Shown: piece by piece, positions 1 to 8,200 of the stretch
How positions within the stretch are numbered: position 1 is the stretch's first letter
Layout of the letters: each line of letters opens with the position of its first letter
IMG/VR virus record: IMGVR_UViG_3300035670_000028
Span: 64,001-128,000 of that record
Strand: one strand, 5' to 3'
Length of the DNA: 64,000 nt
DNA from: a virus
Position numbers and translations under genes: made by a program
The notes under the pieces: generated by a model
The model's database searches: none
What the model saw: only the letters and a program-made list of their open reading frames with translations
Told to the model about the DNA's origin: nothing

Positions 1-172
1 GAACCCGGATGATTGGTTCTGTGATGAGTGCCGGCACTGCACGGATCCCGAGTGCAAGAACTGCGGCCTGGATGGGCGCAGGAAGTGGATGAAGCACCTG
101 GGTGATGATACTGCCCTGTGCGATCAGTGCTGGCCGGCCCACCACATGAAGTACGAGGGAGCCCCGCAGTGA
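1..172 (+). CDS. Partial Cys-rich hypothetical protein (5' truncated)
   Basis: Open frame NPDDWFCDECRHCTDPECKNC...CDQCW ending TGA at 170-172, overlapping the next GTG. Confidence 0.6.
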   Translation, partial: NPDDWFCDECRHCTDPECKNCGLDGRRKWMKHLGDDTALCDQCWPAHHMKYEGAPQ

Positions 173-393
173 GGGTGCGCCCGATTCACGCTAATATTCA
201 TCCCGGGTGCCTGTTCACACTGGGAGATTTTCCTCAGCCCTACCTGGCTGTGGATGTAGAGATATTGAATCCCGGTTCTACACTCGGGCCCACACACAGG
301 ATTATTGCTGCTGAGTGCGGAAATAACGGAAAGCCGCGCCAGGTTACTCTGTACTACAGCGATCAGGTGGAGGTGATCGGTGAAGGTGGGTGA
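169..393 (+). CDS. Small hypothetical protein (SH3-like accessory array)
   Basis: ORF 118..393; GTG at 169 overlaps the upstream stop (GTGA) and is the likelier start. Confidence 0.65.
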   Translation: MRVRPIHANIHPGCLFTLGDFPQPYLAVDVEILNPGSTLGPTHRIIAAECGNNGKPRQVTLYYSDQVEVIGEGG

Positions 394-574
394 TCTCGTG
401 GCCTACGTGCTCGATCCGGATCAAATCTACTTGATCGTAGATGGCGAGAGAATGCCTGATGAGAAGGGCGATCCAGATGGATACGCCACTATCTTTCGCC
501 CAGGAGAAATGTTCAGGAGGATGAGGTACACTATTCTCGAAGCCAACTACAGGGTGGTAAGTGAAGGTGGGTGA
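380..574 (+). CDS. MKVGDLV-type small SH3/KOW-like protein
   Basis: N-terminal MKVGDLV; 14-nt overlap with both neighbours. Confidence 0.75.
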   Translation: MKVGDLVAYVLDPDQIYLIVDGERMPDEKGDPDGYATIFRPGEMFRRMRYTILEANYRVVSEGG

Positions 575-755
575 TCTCGTGGTTTGGAATGGCCCGGCAT
601 CCGGCAGTGCCTTCACCTACCTCCTGCTCGAGAGGCTGAGTGATATCCAGGATACCTCCATGGGCCTCATGCGCAGGTGGCGGGCACTATCCTGCATGGG
701 CAGGTTCGAGGTGGTGTTCGAGGAGCACATGAGGGTGTACAGTGAAGGCAGGTGA
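561..755 (+). CDS. MKVGDLV-type small SH3/KOW-like protein
   Basis: MKVGDLVVW; paralog of 742..930 (TYLLL/TYLVL, WRALSC/WQALSC). Confidence 0.75.
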   Translation: MKVGDLVVWNGPASGSAFTYLLLERLSDIQDTSMGLMRRWRALSCMGRFEVVFEEHMRVYSEGR

Positions 756-930
756 TCTCGTGCGGTGGAAGAACACCCAGATCGGCAAGGAATCCACCTA
801 CCTGGTGCTCCGCCCAGATCCTGCGCGCTCGGAGAGCTACCAATCCGAGTGCTGGCAGGCCCTCTCGTGCAGGGGTGCCCTGGTGATCGTGCACGCGGAT
901 GCAATGGAGGTGATCAGTGAAGCCGGGTGA
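742..930 (+). CDS. MKAGDLV-type small SH3/KOW-like protein
   Basis: Paralog of 561..755. Confidence 0.75.
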   Translation: MKAGDLVRWKNTQIGKESTYLVLRPDPARSESYQSECWQALSCRGALVIVHADAMEVISEAG

Positions 931-1084
931 ATTGGCCCGCGTGAGGATCCGCAACTCGATCTTCTACGGCAAGATCGCGCTGGTGGTGGGTGAGCCTAAT
1001 CGGGCCGGTGAAACCGATTACGTGCAGGTGATCTGTGATGGGATCAGGATGATGCCGCTACACTGGCTGGAGCCCGTGGAGTGA
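917..1084 (+). CDS. Small KOW/SH3-like protein (55 aa, not in ORF track)
   Basis: Hand translation MKPGELARVRIRNSIFYGKIALVVGE...LEPVE; same 14-nt overlap junction. Confidence 0.7.
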   Translation: MKPGELARVRIRNSIFYGKIALVVGEPNRAGETDYVQVICDGIRMMPLHWLEPVE

Positions 1085-1302
1085 GCCCACGTGCCGGAGA
1101 GCTCTGGGAGGTAACCGAAACCCAGCGGGTGGCTGTGGGCCAGAAGATCGCCACCTTCCTGATCTCCGGCCCTGCCCTCGTGCTGGAGGTGCACAGGAAC
1201 CATGATGGTGCGGGTGATTACTACACGATCCTGTGGGGCGGGCAGGTGAGGGAGATCATCGATTCTGCGCCCTGGAGGAGTTTCGGCGAGAGGATCTCGT
1301 GA
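1081..1302 (+). CDS. Small SH3-like hypothetical protein
   Basis: PRAGELWEV start; GTGA overlap with upstream gene. Confidence 0.65.
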   Translation: MSPRAGELWEVTETQRVAVGQKIATFLISGPALVLEVHRNHDGAGDYYTILWGGQVREIIDSAPWRSFGERIS

Positions 1303-1329
1303 TCTGCAGAACAGTTTGAGAAGCGCAGC

Positions 1330-1336
1330 ATATTTA
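1330..1336 (+). promoter_or_regulatory. ATATTTA putative late-promoter motif
   Basis: One of about 20 ATA(T/C)TTA-like copies upstream of gene starts. Confidence 0.55.
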
Positions 1337-1361
1337 TACCAAGATTTGAGGAGAGAAACGT

Positions 1362-1667
1362 ATGAGAATCACGCAAGCGCAGCTCAGGAAGATCATCAAG
1401 GAAGAGGCAGCCCGGGCGAAGGGAAAGCGCCTAAACGAGGAGCTCGGGATGGGTGCCGGATCAGCTGAGCTGCAAACTGCTCTGGATGTGATCTGTGATG
1501 GCTGGAAGGCGCAGTTCGATCCAGGCGATCCTAGCATGGATGCTGCTGGCGGCCGGCCCGCTTGGGATGCCCAGTGTGAGGCAGCCTGCGAGGAGCTCGG
1601 CGCAAAGATCGAGGAGCTCGTAATGCAGATCGAGGATGATCTCTACAATGGTGATTACGGGTATTGA
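1362..1667 (+). CDS. Putative virion-internal protein with LRxIIKEE tag
   Basis: MRITQAQLRKIIKEE...LNE; RBS GAGGAG; late motif upstream. Confidence 0.7.
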   Translation: MRITQAQLRKIIKEEAARAKGKRLNEELGMGAGSAELQTALDVICDGWKAQFDPGDPSMDAAGGRPAWDAQCEAACEELGAKIEELVMQIEDDLYNGDYGY

Positions 1668-1669
1668 AC

Positions 1670-1951
1670 ATGCGAATCACTAAATCACAGCTCAGGAAGA
1701 TCATTCGCGAAGAGGTGGAGAAGGTATCCCGCCCAGGTTCTTTTGCCTTCGGTGAATCACCTGATCCTCAGACTATTCATGATGCATTCTTGAGATTGAG
1801 GGATTTTCGCGGTGAGGTTCCAATTCAAAAACTTGCGAATGAACTTGGAGTTCATGTGAACCGAATTGATTTCAACGGTACCGGTTTAAGAGTAGAGAAC
1901 ACTATTGTTACCGAACTTCTCGGTGATACTCCGTATCGAACAGGTAGGTAG
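1670..1951 (+). CDS. Putative virion-internal protein with LRxIIREE tag and HTH-like C-terminus
   Basis: MRITKSQLRKIIREE; IQKLANELGV. Confidence 0.65.
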   Translation: MRITKSQLRKIIREEVEKVSRPGSFAFGESPDPQTIHDAFLRLRDFRGEVPIQKLANELGVHVNRIDFNGTGLRVENTIVTELLGDTPYRTGR

Positions 1952-1988
1952 TGTTCCCCCACAAAAGGGAACCCTGAGTTCCCCTCCG

Positions 1989-2017
1989 TGTAAATCACCC
2001 AGGCTCTGTGTTATGGT
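1989..2017 (+). promoter_or_regulatory. TGTAAA-N17-TATGGT promoter, leaderless
   Basis: ATG 2024 lies 6 nt after the -10 box; no SD. Confidence 0.6.
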
Positions 2018-2023
2018 TAGGCC

Positions 2024-2236
2024 ATGGGCAATCTGAAGCCGGGCGATCTGGTGTGCAGGGTGAGGCTGGGATCTCGTGATAAGCGCGTGGGAAAGCCCCG
2101 CCTGCTCGGGATCCTGCTCGAGGAGCCCAAGTTCCCGCAGTGGGGAAACTACCCGAAGAGCTACACAGTTCTCACACCTGCGGGGATCCAGATTCTCCGC
2201 GATCAGCCCAGAACCCTGATCGAGGGGGTGCCGTGA
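2024..2236 (+). CDS. Small SH3/KOW-like protein
   Basis: LKPGDLV motif. Confidence 0.7.
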   Translation: MGNLKPGDLVCRVRLGSRDKRVGKPRLLGILLEEPKFPQWGNYPKSYTVLTPAGIQILRDQPRTLIEGVP

Positions 2237-2451
2237 GAGAGTTTAAGCCGGGCGATCTCGTGCACGTGAAGAACTACTTCCGGAATGCTGTTCCGGTTGC
2301 AGGTGGCATTCACGCCATTGTGGTGCATGTTGAGAAGCGCCTCACGGGTTCTTTTTATATGCAGAAGAACCCGCTTGTTGAGGTTCTCACCGGGGATGGA
2401 TTCTTCAACTACTACACCGCCAGCAACCTGAAGCTACTGGAGCGCTCATGA
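2233..2451 (+). CDS. Small SH3/KOW-like protein
   Basis: FKPGDLVHV; GTG 2233 overlaps upstream TGA. Confidence 0.7.
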   Translation: MREFKPGDLVHVKNYFRNAVPVAGGIHAIVVHVEKRLTGSFYMQKNPLVEVLTGDGFFNYYTASNLKLLERS

Positions 2452-2636
2452 TCCCCGGAGCCCTAATCAGGTACAGGGTGGAGTACAGGGAAATGCTGCC
2501 ACACCGAGAGAGCGAGATCTACCTTGTGCTCGATCAGATGAGGCTGGGGGGCGAGCAGTACCTGCAGGTTCTCGGCCGCGGTGAGCTCCTGCACTTCAGG
2601 TTCAACTCCCTGTTCATGTACGAGGAGGTGGAGTGA
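2448..2636 (+). CDS. Small hypothetical protein
   Basis: ATGA overlap; IPGALIRY. Confidence 0.65.
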   Translation: MIPGALIRYRVEYREMLPHRESEIYLVLDQMRLGGEQYLQVLGRGELLHFRFNSLFMYEEVE

Positions 2637-2878
2637 TGGGCAAGCACTGGTGGGAGGAGCACGTGCAGCCCGGAATGCTATTCGTGAGCAAGGTGCACCT
2701 GTACGCTGGATCCGCCAAGAACCCCGGAGCACCTGGATCGCTCGTGGAGCCCGGTGCCACTGCATTCGTGGTGGAGGTTGAGCCAATAGCAGGAAATGTA
2801 ACCTATGCGATCTGTGAGGAGCTGGGGAGGATTGATGCCACCTCATTCCTCTCGGTGTTCTCGCGTGTGGAGGAGTGA
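2633..2878 (+). CDS. Small hypothetical protein
   Basis: Overlapping chain of ORFs. Confidence 0.6.
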   Translation: MMGKHWWEEHVQPGMLFVSKVHLYAGSAKNPGAPGSLVEPGATAFVVEVEPIAGNVTYAICEELGRIDATSFLSVFSRVEE

Positions 2879-3078
2879 TGGGAACCAGATCTGAAACACT
2901 GCACATGGGCTGGATCCAGTGCACCCAGTGTGGGTGGGGATCCGAGGTTAGCCGCTCCGAGGTGGAGGCAGGTGATTACACCGATCGCCAGGCCTGCGAT
3001 CACTGCGGGATCGGGCCCTGCAGGATCGATTGGGATTGGCCGGATGGCCCGGGGTGGAGATATGAGGAGAAGAGATGA
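2875..3078 (+). CDS. Zn-ribbon small protein
   Basis: CTQC...CDHC. Confidence 0.6.
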   Translation: MMGTRSETLHMGWIQCTQCGWGSEVSRSEVEAGDYTDRQACDHCGIGPCRIDWDWPDGPGWRYEEKR

Positions 3079-3248
3079 GTGATCAAATCTTTATTCCGGA
3101 TTTCATTATCACATCCGGATCAAGTATCGATATTATGAGAGAGCGTGATGATCTCATCTCATTTCTGCTCGCTGAAGCACAGGCAGAATTCGATCGTGAT
3201 ATTATCGAGGCACTAACAAACTCACACACAGCAGAGGAGAAGAGATGA
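3075..3248 (+). CDS. Small protein (57 aa, not in ORF track) with a gp23-like EFDRDII helix
   Basis: Hand translation MSDQIFIPDF...RDDLISFLLAEAQAEFDRDIIEAL...EEKR; ATGA overlaps at both ends. Confidence 0.6.
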   Translation: MSDQIFIPDFIITSGSSIDIMRERDDLISFLLAEAQAEFDRDIIEALTNSHTAEEKR

Positions 3249-3442
3249 GAGTATCTAGAGAACAGTTCGATATGATCCGTGAAGTGCTAGCACTCCTGCG
3301 AGAGAAGCTACCAGGAGATACTGAGTACAAGTTGGCGCTCAGCCCAATCTGGGCCATCGAGAGGCCACCTCCTGAGCCCCACGAGTTTTCCAGACATATT
3401 TCTATCAATGGCTGTGTGCTGGAGGTGGAGGAGAAGAAATGA
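3245..3442 (+). CDS. Hypothetical protein
   Basis: GAGGAG RBS and ATGA overlap. Confidence 0.6.
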   Translation: MRVSREQFDMIREVLALLREKLPGDTEYKLALSPIWAIERPPPEPHEFSRHISINGCVLEVEEKK

Positions 3443-3726
3443 ACGCTGATCAGATCGCTGGCATGCTCGTGCTTGGAGTTCCCTTCCTGCTCACACTCAT
3501 CTTCCTCATCTGGCTCTACGGGGAGAAGCGCAGGGATAGGCTCCGCGCGCAGAGGAGCGAGGAGCTCAGGCGGGAGGTGCAGGCACTCCACAATAGCGCC
3601 CTCGATCTCAAGGATTACCTCACCAGCAAGCGGGTTTTCTTCATCGATCTAGACAGATGGGATCCTGAGGCAGCGGAGCAGATCATCGAGATCGCGCGCG
3701 AGATACAGAGGAGTGATAAGAAGTGA
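3439..3726 (+). CDS. Membrane-anchored hypothetical protein
   Basis: N-terminal hydrophobic helix followed by a charged coil. Confidence 0.65.
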   Translation: MNADQIAGMLVLGVPFLLTLIFLIWLYGEKRRDRLRAQRSEELRREVQALHNSALDLKDYLTSKRVFFIDLDRWDPEAAEQIIEIAREIQRSDKK

Positions 3727-3929
3727 GAGTGTATGCTACTACAGATGAGGGCAGGAGGTTCCTGCACTCGATTCGCTGTGATGGGCCCGGGTGCGAATCC
3801 GAGATCAAGCCCAATCCTAACATCTCCCAATCCGGTTGGGTGTGGTATGGGCAGGATCACGGCCCAGGCACCACGAGATTAGAATGGGATCACTGCCCAG
3901 ATTGCGATCGGAGAAGAAGTGCCCATTGA
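3723..3929 (+). CDS. Zn-finger small protein
   Basis: CDGPGC...HCPDC. Confidence 0.6.
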   Translation: MRVYATTDEGRRFLHSIRCDGPGCESEIKPNPNISQSGWVWYGQDHGPGTTRLEWDHCPDCDRRRSAH

Positions 3930-4182
3930 GGTGTTAGGCCGCGATCACGAGGGAAGGGTTAGCTCCCAGCCCCCCATCAAGAGTGGCCCGAACCGCGGGC
4001 GGAGGAGGAGCGAGCCCAGGGGTGTTTGGGTGCCGGCAAGTGGCTACGCTTACGAGGAGCGGCAGGATGCCAAGTGTGCCCACTCTGGCTGGATCAAGGC
4101 AGTGCAGGAGCTAGGCCACCGGGTGGGATCCTGGGATTGCGATGGAGTGCGAAACTACTACGTGTTCAGGGAGGCGAGATGA
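3919..4182 (+). CDS. Hypothetical protein
   Basis: Fits the overlapping chain. Confidence 0.55.
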   Translation: MPIEVLGRDHEGRVSSQPPIKSGPNRGRRRSEPRGVWVPASGYAYEERQDAKCAHSGWIKAVQELGHRVGSWDCDGVRNYYVFREAR

Positions 4183-4397
4183 GGGAGAGCTGGAAGCAGA
4201 AGTATGATGAGCTATTCCGTATGTTGGAGAGCTACATCAAGCGGCTTCATACCGCCGAAGAAGAGAATAAGAGGCTCAAGGAGGCGCTGCATAAGATTGC
4301 AGATTGTAATTGCCCTCTTGTAGAAAATGAATATGGATACACCTCAGAACTTTCAGAGTGCCGCATGATCGCGAAGGCTGCGCTGAAGAGTGCATGA
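4179..4397 (+). CDS. Coiled-coil hypothetical protein
   Basis: ATG 4179 with GGAGG RBS; ENKRLKEAL..IA. Confidence 0.6.
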   Translation: MRESWKQKYDELFRMLESYIKRLHTAEEENKRLKEALHKIADCNCPLVENEYGYTSELSECRMIAKAALKSA

Positions 4398-4621
4398 GCC
4401 GGTCCAGCGAGAGGTACGCTGAGATCTGCGAGGGAGATCTAATCGCCCTGCACCCGGTGGAGTGGCACTCAGGAACACCGCCCACCACCATGCTCGTGAT
4501 CTCAGCCCAGCCCTACGAAACACCGGTGCGCCCTCGGCCCACAGATCTCGTGGTGCTCACCTCCCGGGGAGAGATCATGCCCCTGCGCCTGGGTGCATTC
4601 CATCCGTACGTGAGGGTGTGA
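4394..4621 (+). CDS. Small SH3-like protein
   Basis: ICEGDLIAL; ATGA overlap. Confidence 0.6.
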   Translation: MSRSSERYAEICEGDLIALHPVEWHSGTPPTTMLVISAQPYETPVRPRPTDLVVLTSRGEIMPLRLGAFHPYVRV

Positions 4622-4671
4622 GCTGAATACTTATTGGCAGCGCTATTAGAATCCGCGCGTAGGAGTTAAAA

Positions 4672-4944
4672 ATGAAAGTACCCCTTCTAAAGCAATCCGA
4701 TGGGCGGCCCTCCGCCTCCTTCACCATGATGATCATAGCGTTCACCGTGGTTACCCTGTGGCTCACTGTATCGATCGTTGAGCAGGCATGGGGTTTCCAC
4801 ATCCGCGAGTTCTCGGGAGCGGAGGCCATGAGCTACTTCACCCCGATCGCCACCCTCTACTTCTCGAGGCGCTGGACCGATTCGAAGGCGCCGGCAGCCG
4901 GTGGCAGCACTCCCAGCACGCCCCCGCCCTCTCCCGAGGAGTGA
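4672..4944 (+). CDS. Putative holin-like two-TM membrane protein
   Basis: Two hydrophobic segments; AGGAG RBS; ATACTTA at 4627. Confidence 0.5.
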   Translation: MKVPLLKQSDGRPSASFTMMIIAFTVVTLWLTVSIVEQAWGFHIREFSGAEAMSYFTPIATLYFSRRWTDSKAPAAGGSTPSTPPPSPEE

Positions 4945-4957
4945 GCCGCTGATCAGC

Positions 4958-5152
4958 ATGCAGGTGGGTGATCTCGTCAGGTTCACATCCCGGCACCTCG
5001 CCTACGATTACGAAGAGCTGGCAGGCACTGTTGGCGTGCTGGTCAGGCCTATTGAGCTACCGCATGCTGATGGTGTGCTGTACCTGTACTGGGAGGCCCT
5101 GTGGCAGGGCAAGTTCATCGTGCTGCACGAGACTGATCTGGAGTGTGTGTGA
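4958..5152 (+). CDS. MQVGDLV-type small SH3/KOW-like protein
   Basis: MQVGDLVRF...LHETDLECV. Confidence 0.7.
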   Translation: MQVGDLVRFTSRHLAYDYEELAGTVGVLVRPIELPHADGVLYLYWEALWQGKFIVLHETDLECV

Positions 5153-5176
5153 TGAGCCTCCTGTGATCTTCGTCCG

Positions 5177-5205
5177 TGTAAATGATGCTCTGGTCAGAGT
5201 ATAAT
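5177..5205 (+). promoter_or_regulatory. TGTAAA-N17-TATAAT promoter, leaderless, for dnaE
   Basis: ATG 5212 lies 6 nt after TATAAT. Confidence 0.7.
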
Positions 5206-5211
5206 TGGATC

Positions 5212-8200
5212 ATGAGCATCATTGATGTTAGGCCTCCCACTCGATTCACTGGTTTACATGCCCACTCAAGTTTCTCAAATTTTGACGGACTTGCATATCC
5301 AAAGTCACACATTGATTTTATCACCTCCGATGCCCAGGGCGGTGACTCCTGGGCGCTGACTGATCACGGCAACGGATCCGGACTCGCCCACGCTCGTTCA
5401 GCCGCTGTCAAGGTGCAGAAGTCAGGAAAGAAGTACCGCCAGCTGTACGGCGTCGAGTTCTACTTCGTTCCCTCCCTCGAGGAGTGGCAGCAGTCCATGG
5501 ACCGCCACCAGCAGTCCATCAAGGACGCAAAGTCCGCCAAGGAGATGCAGGAGATCGCCGAGGAGCCCACAGTCGTCAAGCCTCCCGACGAGGAGGACGA
5601 GCAGGGTGGCCACGTCGTCGAGAACGAGGAGGAGACGAAGGAGTCCAAGCCCGGCAAGCCCGAGTGGAAGAAGTACTACCACCTCGTCGTCGTGGCCAAG
5701 AATCGGGTCGGCCTCGGAAACCTGTTCACCCTCGTCAAGAAGTCGTTCAAGCACGGCTTCTACCGGTTCCCACGCATCGACTTCAAGATGCTCAAGGAGC
5801 ACGGCGAGGGACTCGTGGTGTCGACAGCGTGCGTCGGTGGCCTTGCATCCGGCCTCATCTACAGCGAGTTTCCCGACAGGAAGTTCTCTGAGCTGAGCCC
5901 ATCGCTGTTCACCGGTGAGGCAGCGGAGGCAGCGGTTCGGTCCATTCGAGGCAGGCTCGACAACATGGTGGACCGCTTCGTCGATGCCGTCGGCCGCGAC
6001 AACTTCTTCCTCGAGCTCCAGTTTAACGACCTCCCCGCTCAGCACCTCACGAACAGGTGCCTGATCGACGCGTCCGTCAGGAACGGCATTCCCCTCGTGG
6101 CGACGGCTGACTCCCACTTCCCCTCGCCTGACAAGTGGCAGGCGCGCGAGCTCTACAAGAAGCTCGGGTGGATTGGTGCCAAGCTCGACAAGACCATGCT
6201 CCCCAAGCTGGAGGACATGAAGACGATGCTGTATCCCAAGAACGCCACCCAGATGTGGGACGAGTTCAAGAAGGGCTACGAGCAGCACGACTTCTACCAC
6301 GGTCACGAGGAGCTCGTCCGCGACGCGATCGAGCGGACCCACGACATCGCCTGGGAGAAGTGCGAGGACACGTGGATCGACGTCTCAGGCAAGCTGCCCA
6401 AGTTCGGCACTCCCGAGAAGACGGCATTCTCAATGCTGTCAGACCTCGTGAAGGAGGGCCTCGTTCGCGAGGGTCTCGCTGACAAGCCTGAGTACGTCGC
6501 CCGCGCGAAGGAGGAGCTGTCTGACATCAAGTACCTCGGACACGAGGCATACTTCCTCGCGATGCAGAAGATCTTTCATCGTGCTGAGACACAGACACTG
6601 CTAGGGCCCGGTCGTGGATCGGGTGCAGGTTCACTGGTAAACTTCCTGCTAGGCATTACTCAGATTGACCCTATTCCGTATGGATTGCTGTGGAGCCGAT
6701 TCTTGGGAAGACATCGCTGTCTTCAAAAGGATACACTTGTTCTATCAGAGTCGGGCACAAAACCTATTAGTCGGCTGAATGTGGGTGAAAAAGTCCTCAC
6801 ATCAGGTGGAACATATGAGCGTGTTATTGACAAAGAAGATGATGTAAAGCACGATATTAACGCTCTCATCAAGACGTCCAAAGACAGTTTTTCATGTTCA
6901 CCGAATCATAGATGGCTTGTTAGACGCGATGGCGAAGTGCAAGAAGTGCTAACAACAGACCTCAGAAAAGGTGACAAGCTGCTGTTCATCAAGCAAAAGT
7001 CTCCGTGTGAGTTCGAAGAGGTCGAAATCGATGAAGTGGTCTTTAGTGATAGGCTCGAAGAGTATGTCGATATTGAGGTTGAGAATGACCACACGTTCTT
7101 TGTTTCGACCGCCGGTGACAACTTTGCGCTGACACACAACACTTCTTGGCCTGACATTGACACTGACGCGGGTGATCGCGACGTCCTCATCGACGCAGCC
7201 CGCGACCTATTCGGCGACGATGCCGTCATTCCGGTGTCCAACTTCAACACGCTCAAGCTCAAGTCCCTCATCAAGGACATCGCCAAGTTCTACGACGTTC
7301 CATTCGACGAGGTCAATGCCATGACTGGTCCACTGCAGGACGAGGTGATGGCCTTCGCCAAGGATGAGAACCAGGAGAAGTCCGTCTTCGTCCTCAAGCA
7401 CGAGGACTGCATGAAGTACTCCGAGGGGTACCGCAACTTCATGGAGAAGTATCCTGATGTTGCGGCGCATGTTGAGACCCTCTTCATGGAGAACCGCTCC
7501 ATCGGTCGACACGCCGGCGGCGTCATTATCGCTCCCGCCGAGGACCTCGAGCGGACAATGCCCATCATCAGTGTCCGCGGTGAGCTGCAGACCCCGTGGA
7601 CCGAGGGCATGAACTTCAGAAACCTTGAGGACAACGGCTTCCTAAAGTTCGACTTCCTCGGCCTCACGCTGCTCAAGGACGTCGAGAACTGCATCGCCCG
7701 AATCCTCAAGCGGCAGGGCAACCCGCGGCCCACGTTCGCGGACGTGAAGGCGTTCTTCGACAAGCACCTTAACTGCAGGTACGTCCTGCAGGACGACCCA
7801 AAGGTCTGGGAGCACGTCTATCACAATGCCCGATTTACAGGCGTATTCCAGTTCACTGCCGCGGGAGCCCGAAAGTTCTGCCTCGACGCGAAGCCGAGCT
7901 CAATCGAGGAGCTGGCGGCACTCACTGCGATCTACCGACCTGGTCCCCTCAAGGCGAACGTCCACAGGAAGTATGTCGAGGCGAAGAATAACGCCTCGCT
8001 CATCAAGTACGAGCACCCCGTGATCGAGAAGGTGCTCGGGCCTTCCTACAACTTCGTCGTTTTCCAGGAGCAGTTCATGACCCTGGCAGTCGAGCTAGCT
8101 GGATTCTCCCCCGGTGAGTCCGATCAGCTTCGAAAGACCCTGGTCAAGAAGTCCCTTGACACGATCGGCAAGAAGGGCGACGAGCGGGAGGCGGCCCGAC

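Noticed and set aside
380-930. 181-bp periodic ~21-nt repeat as a CRISPR array
   Set aside because: The intervening ~160-nt segments are intact ORFs, the repeats are gene junctions, and no cas genes are present.
5422-6342. Long minus-strand ORFs (also 22815..23801, 23533..24435, 33652..34449, 35267..35899)
   Set aside because: Antisense shadows of well-supported plus-strand genes, produced by biased codon usage.
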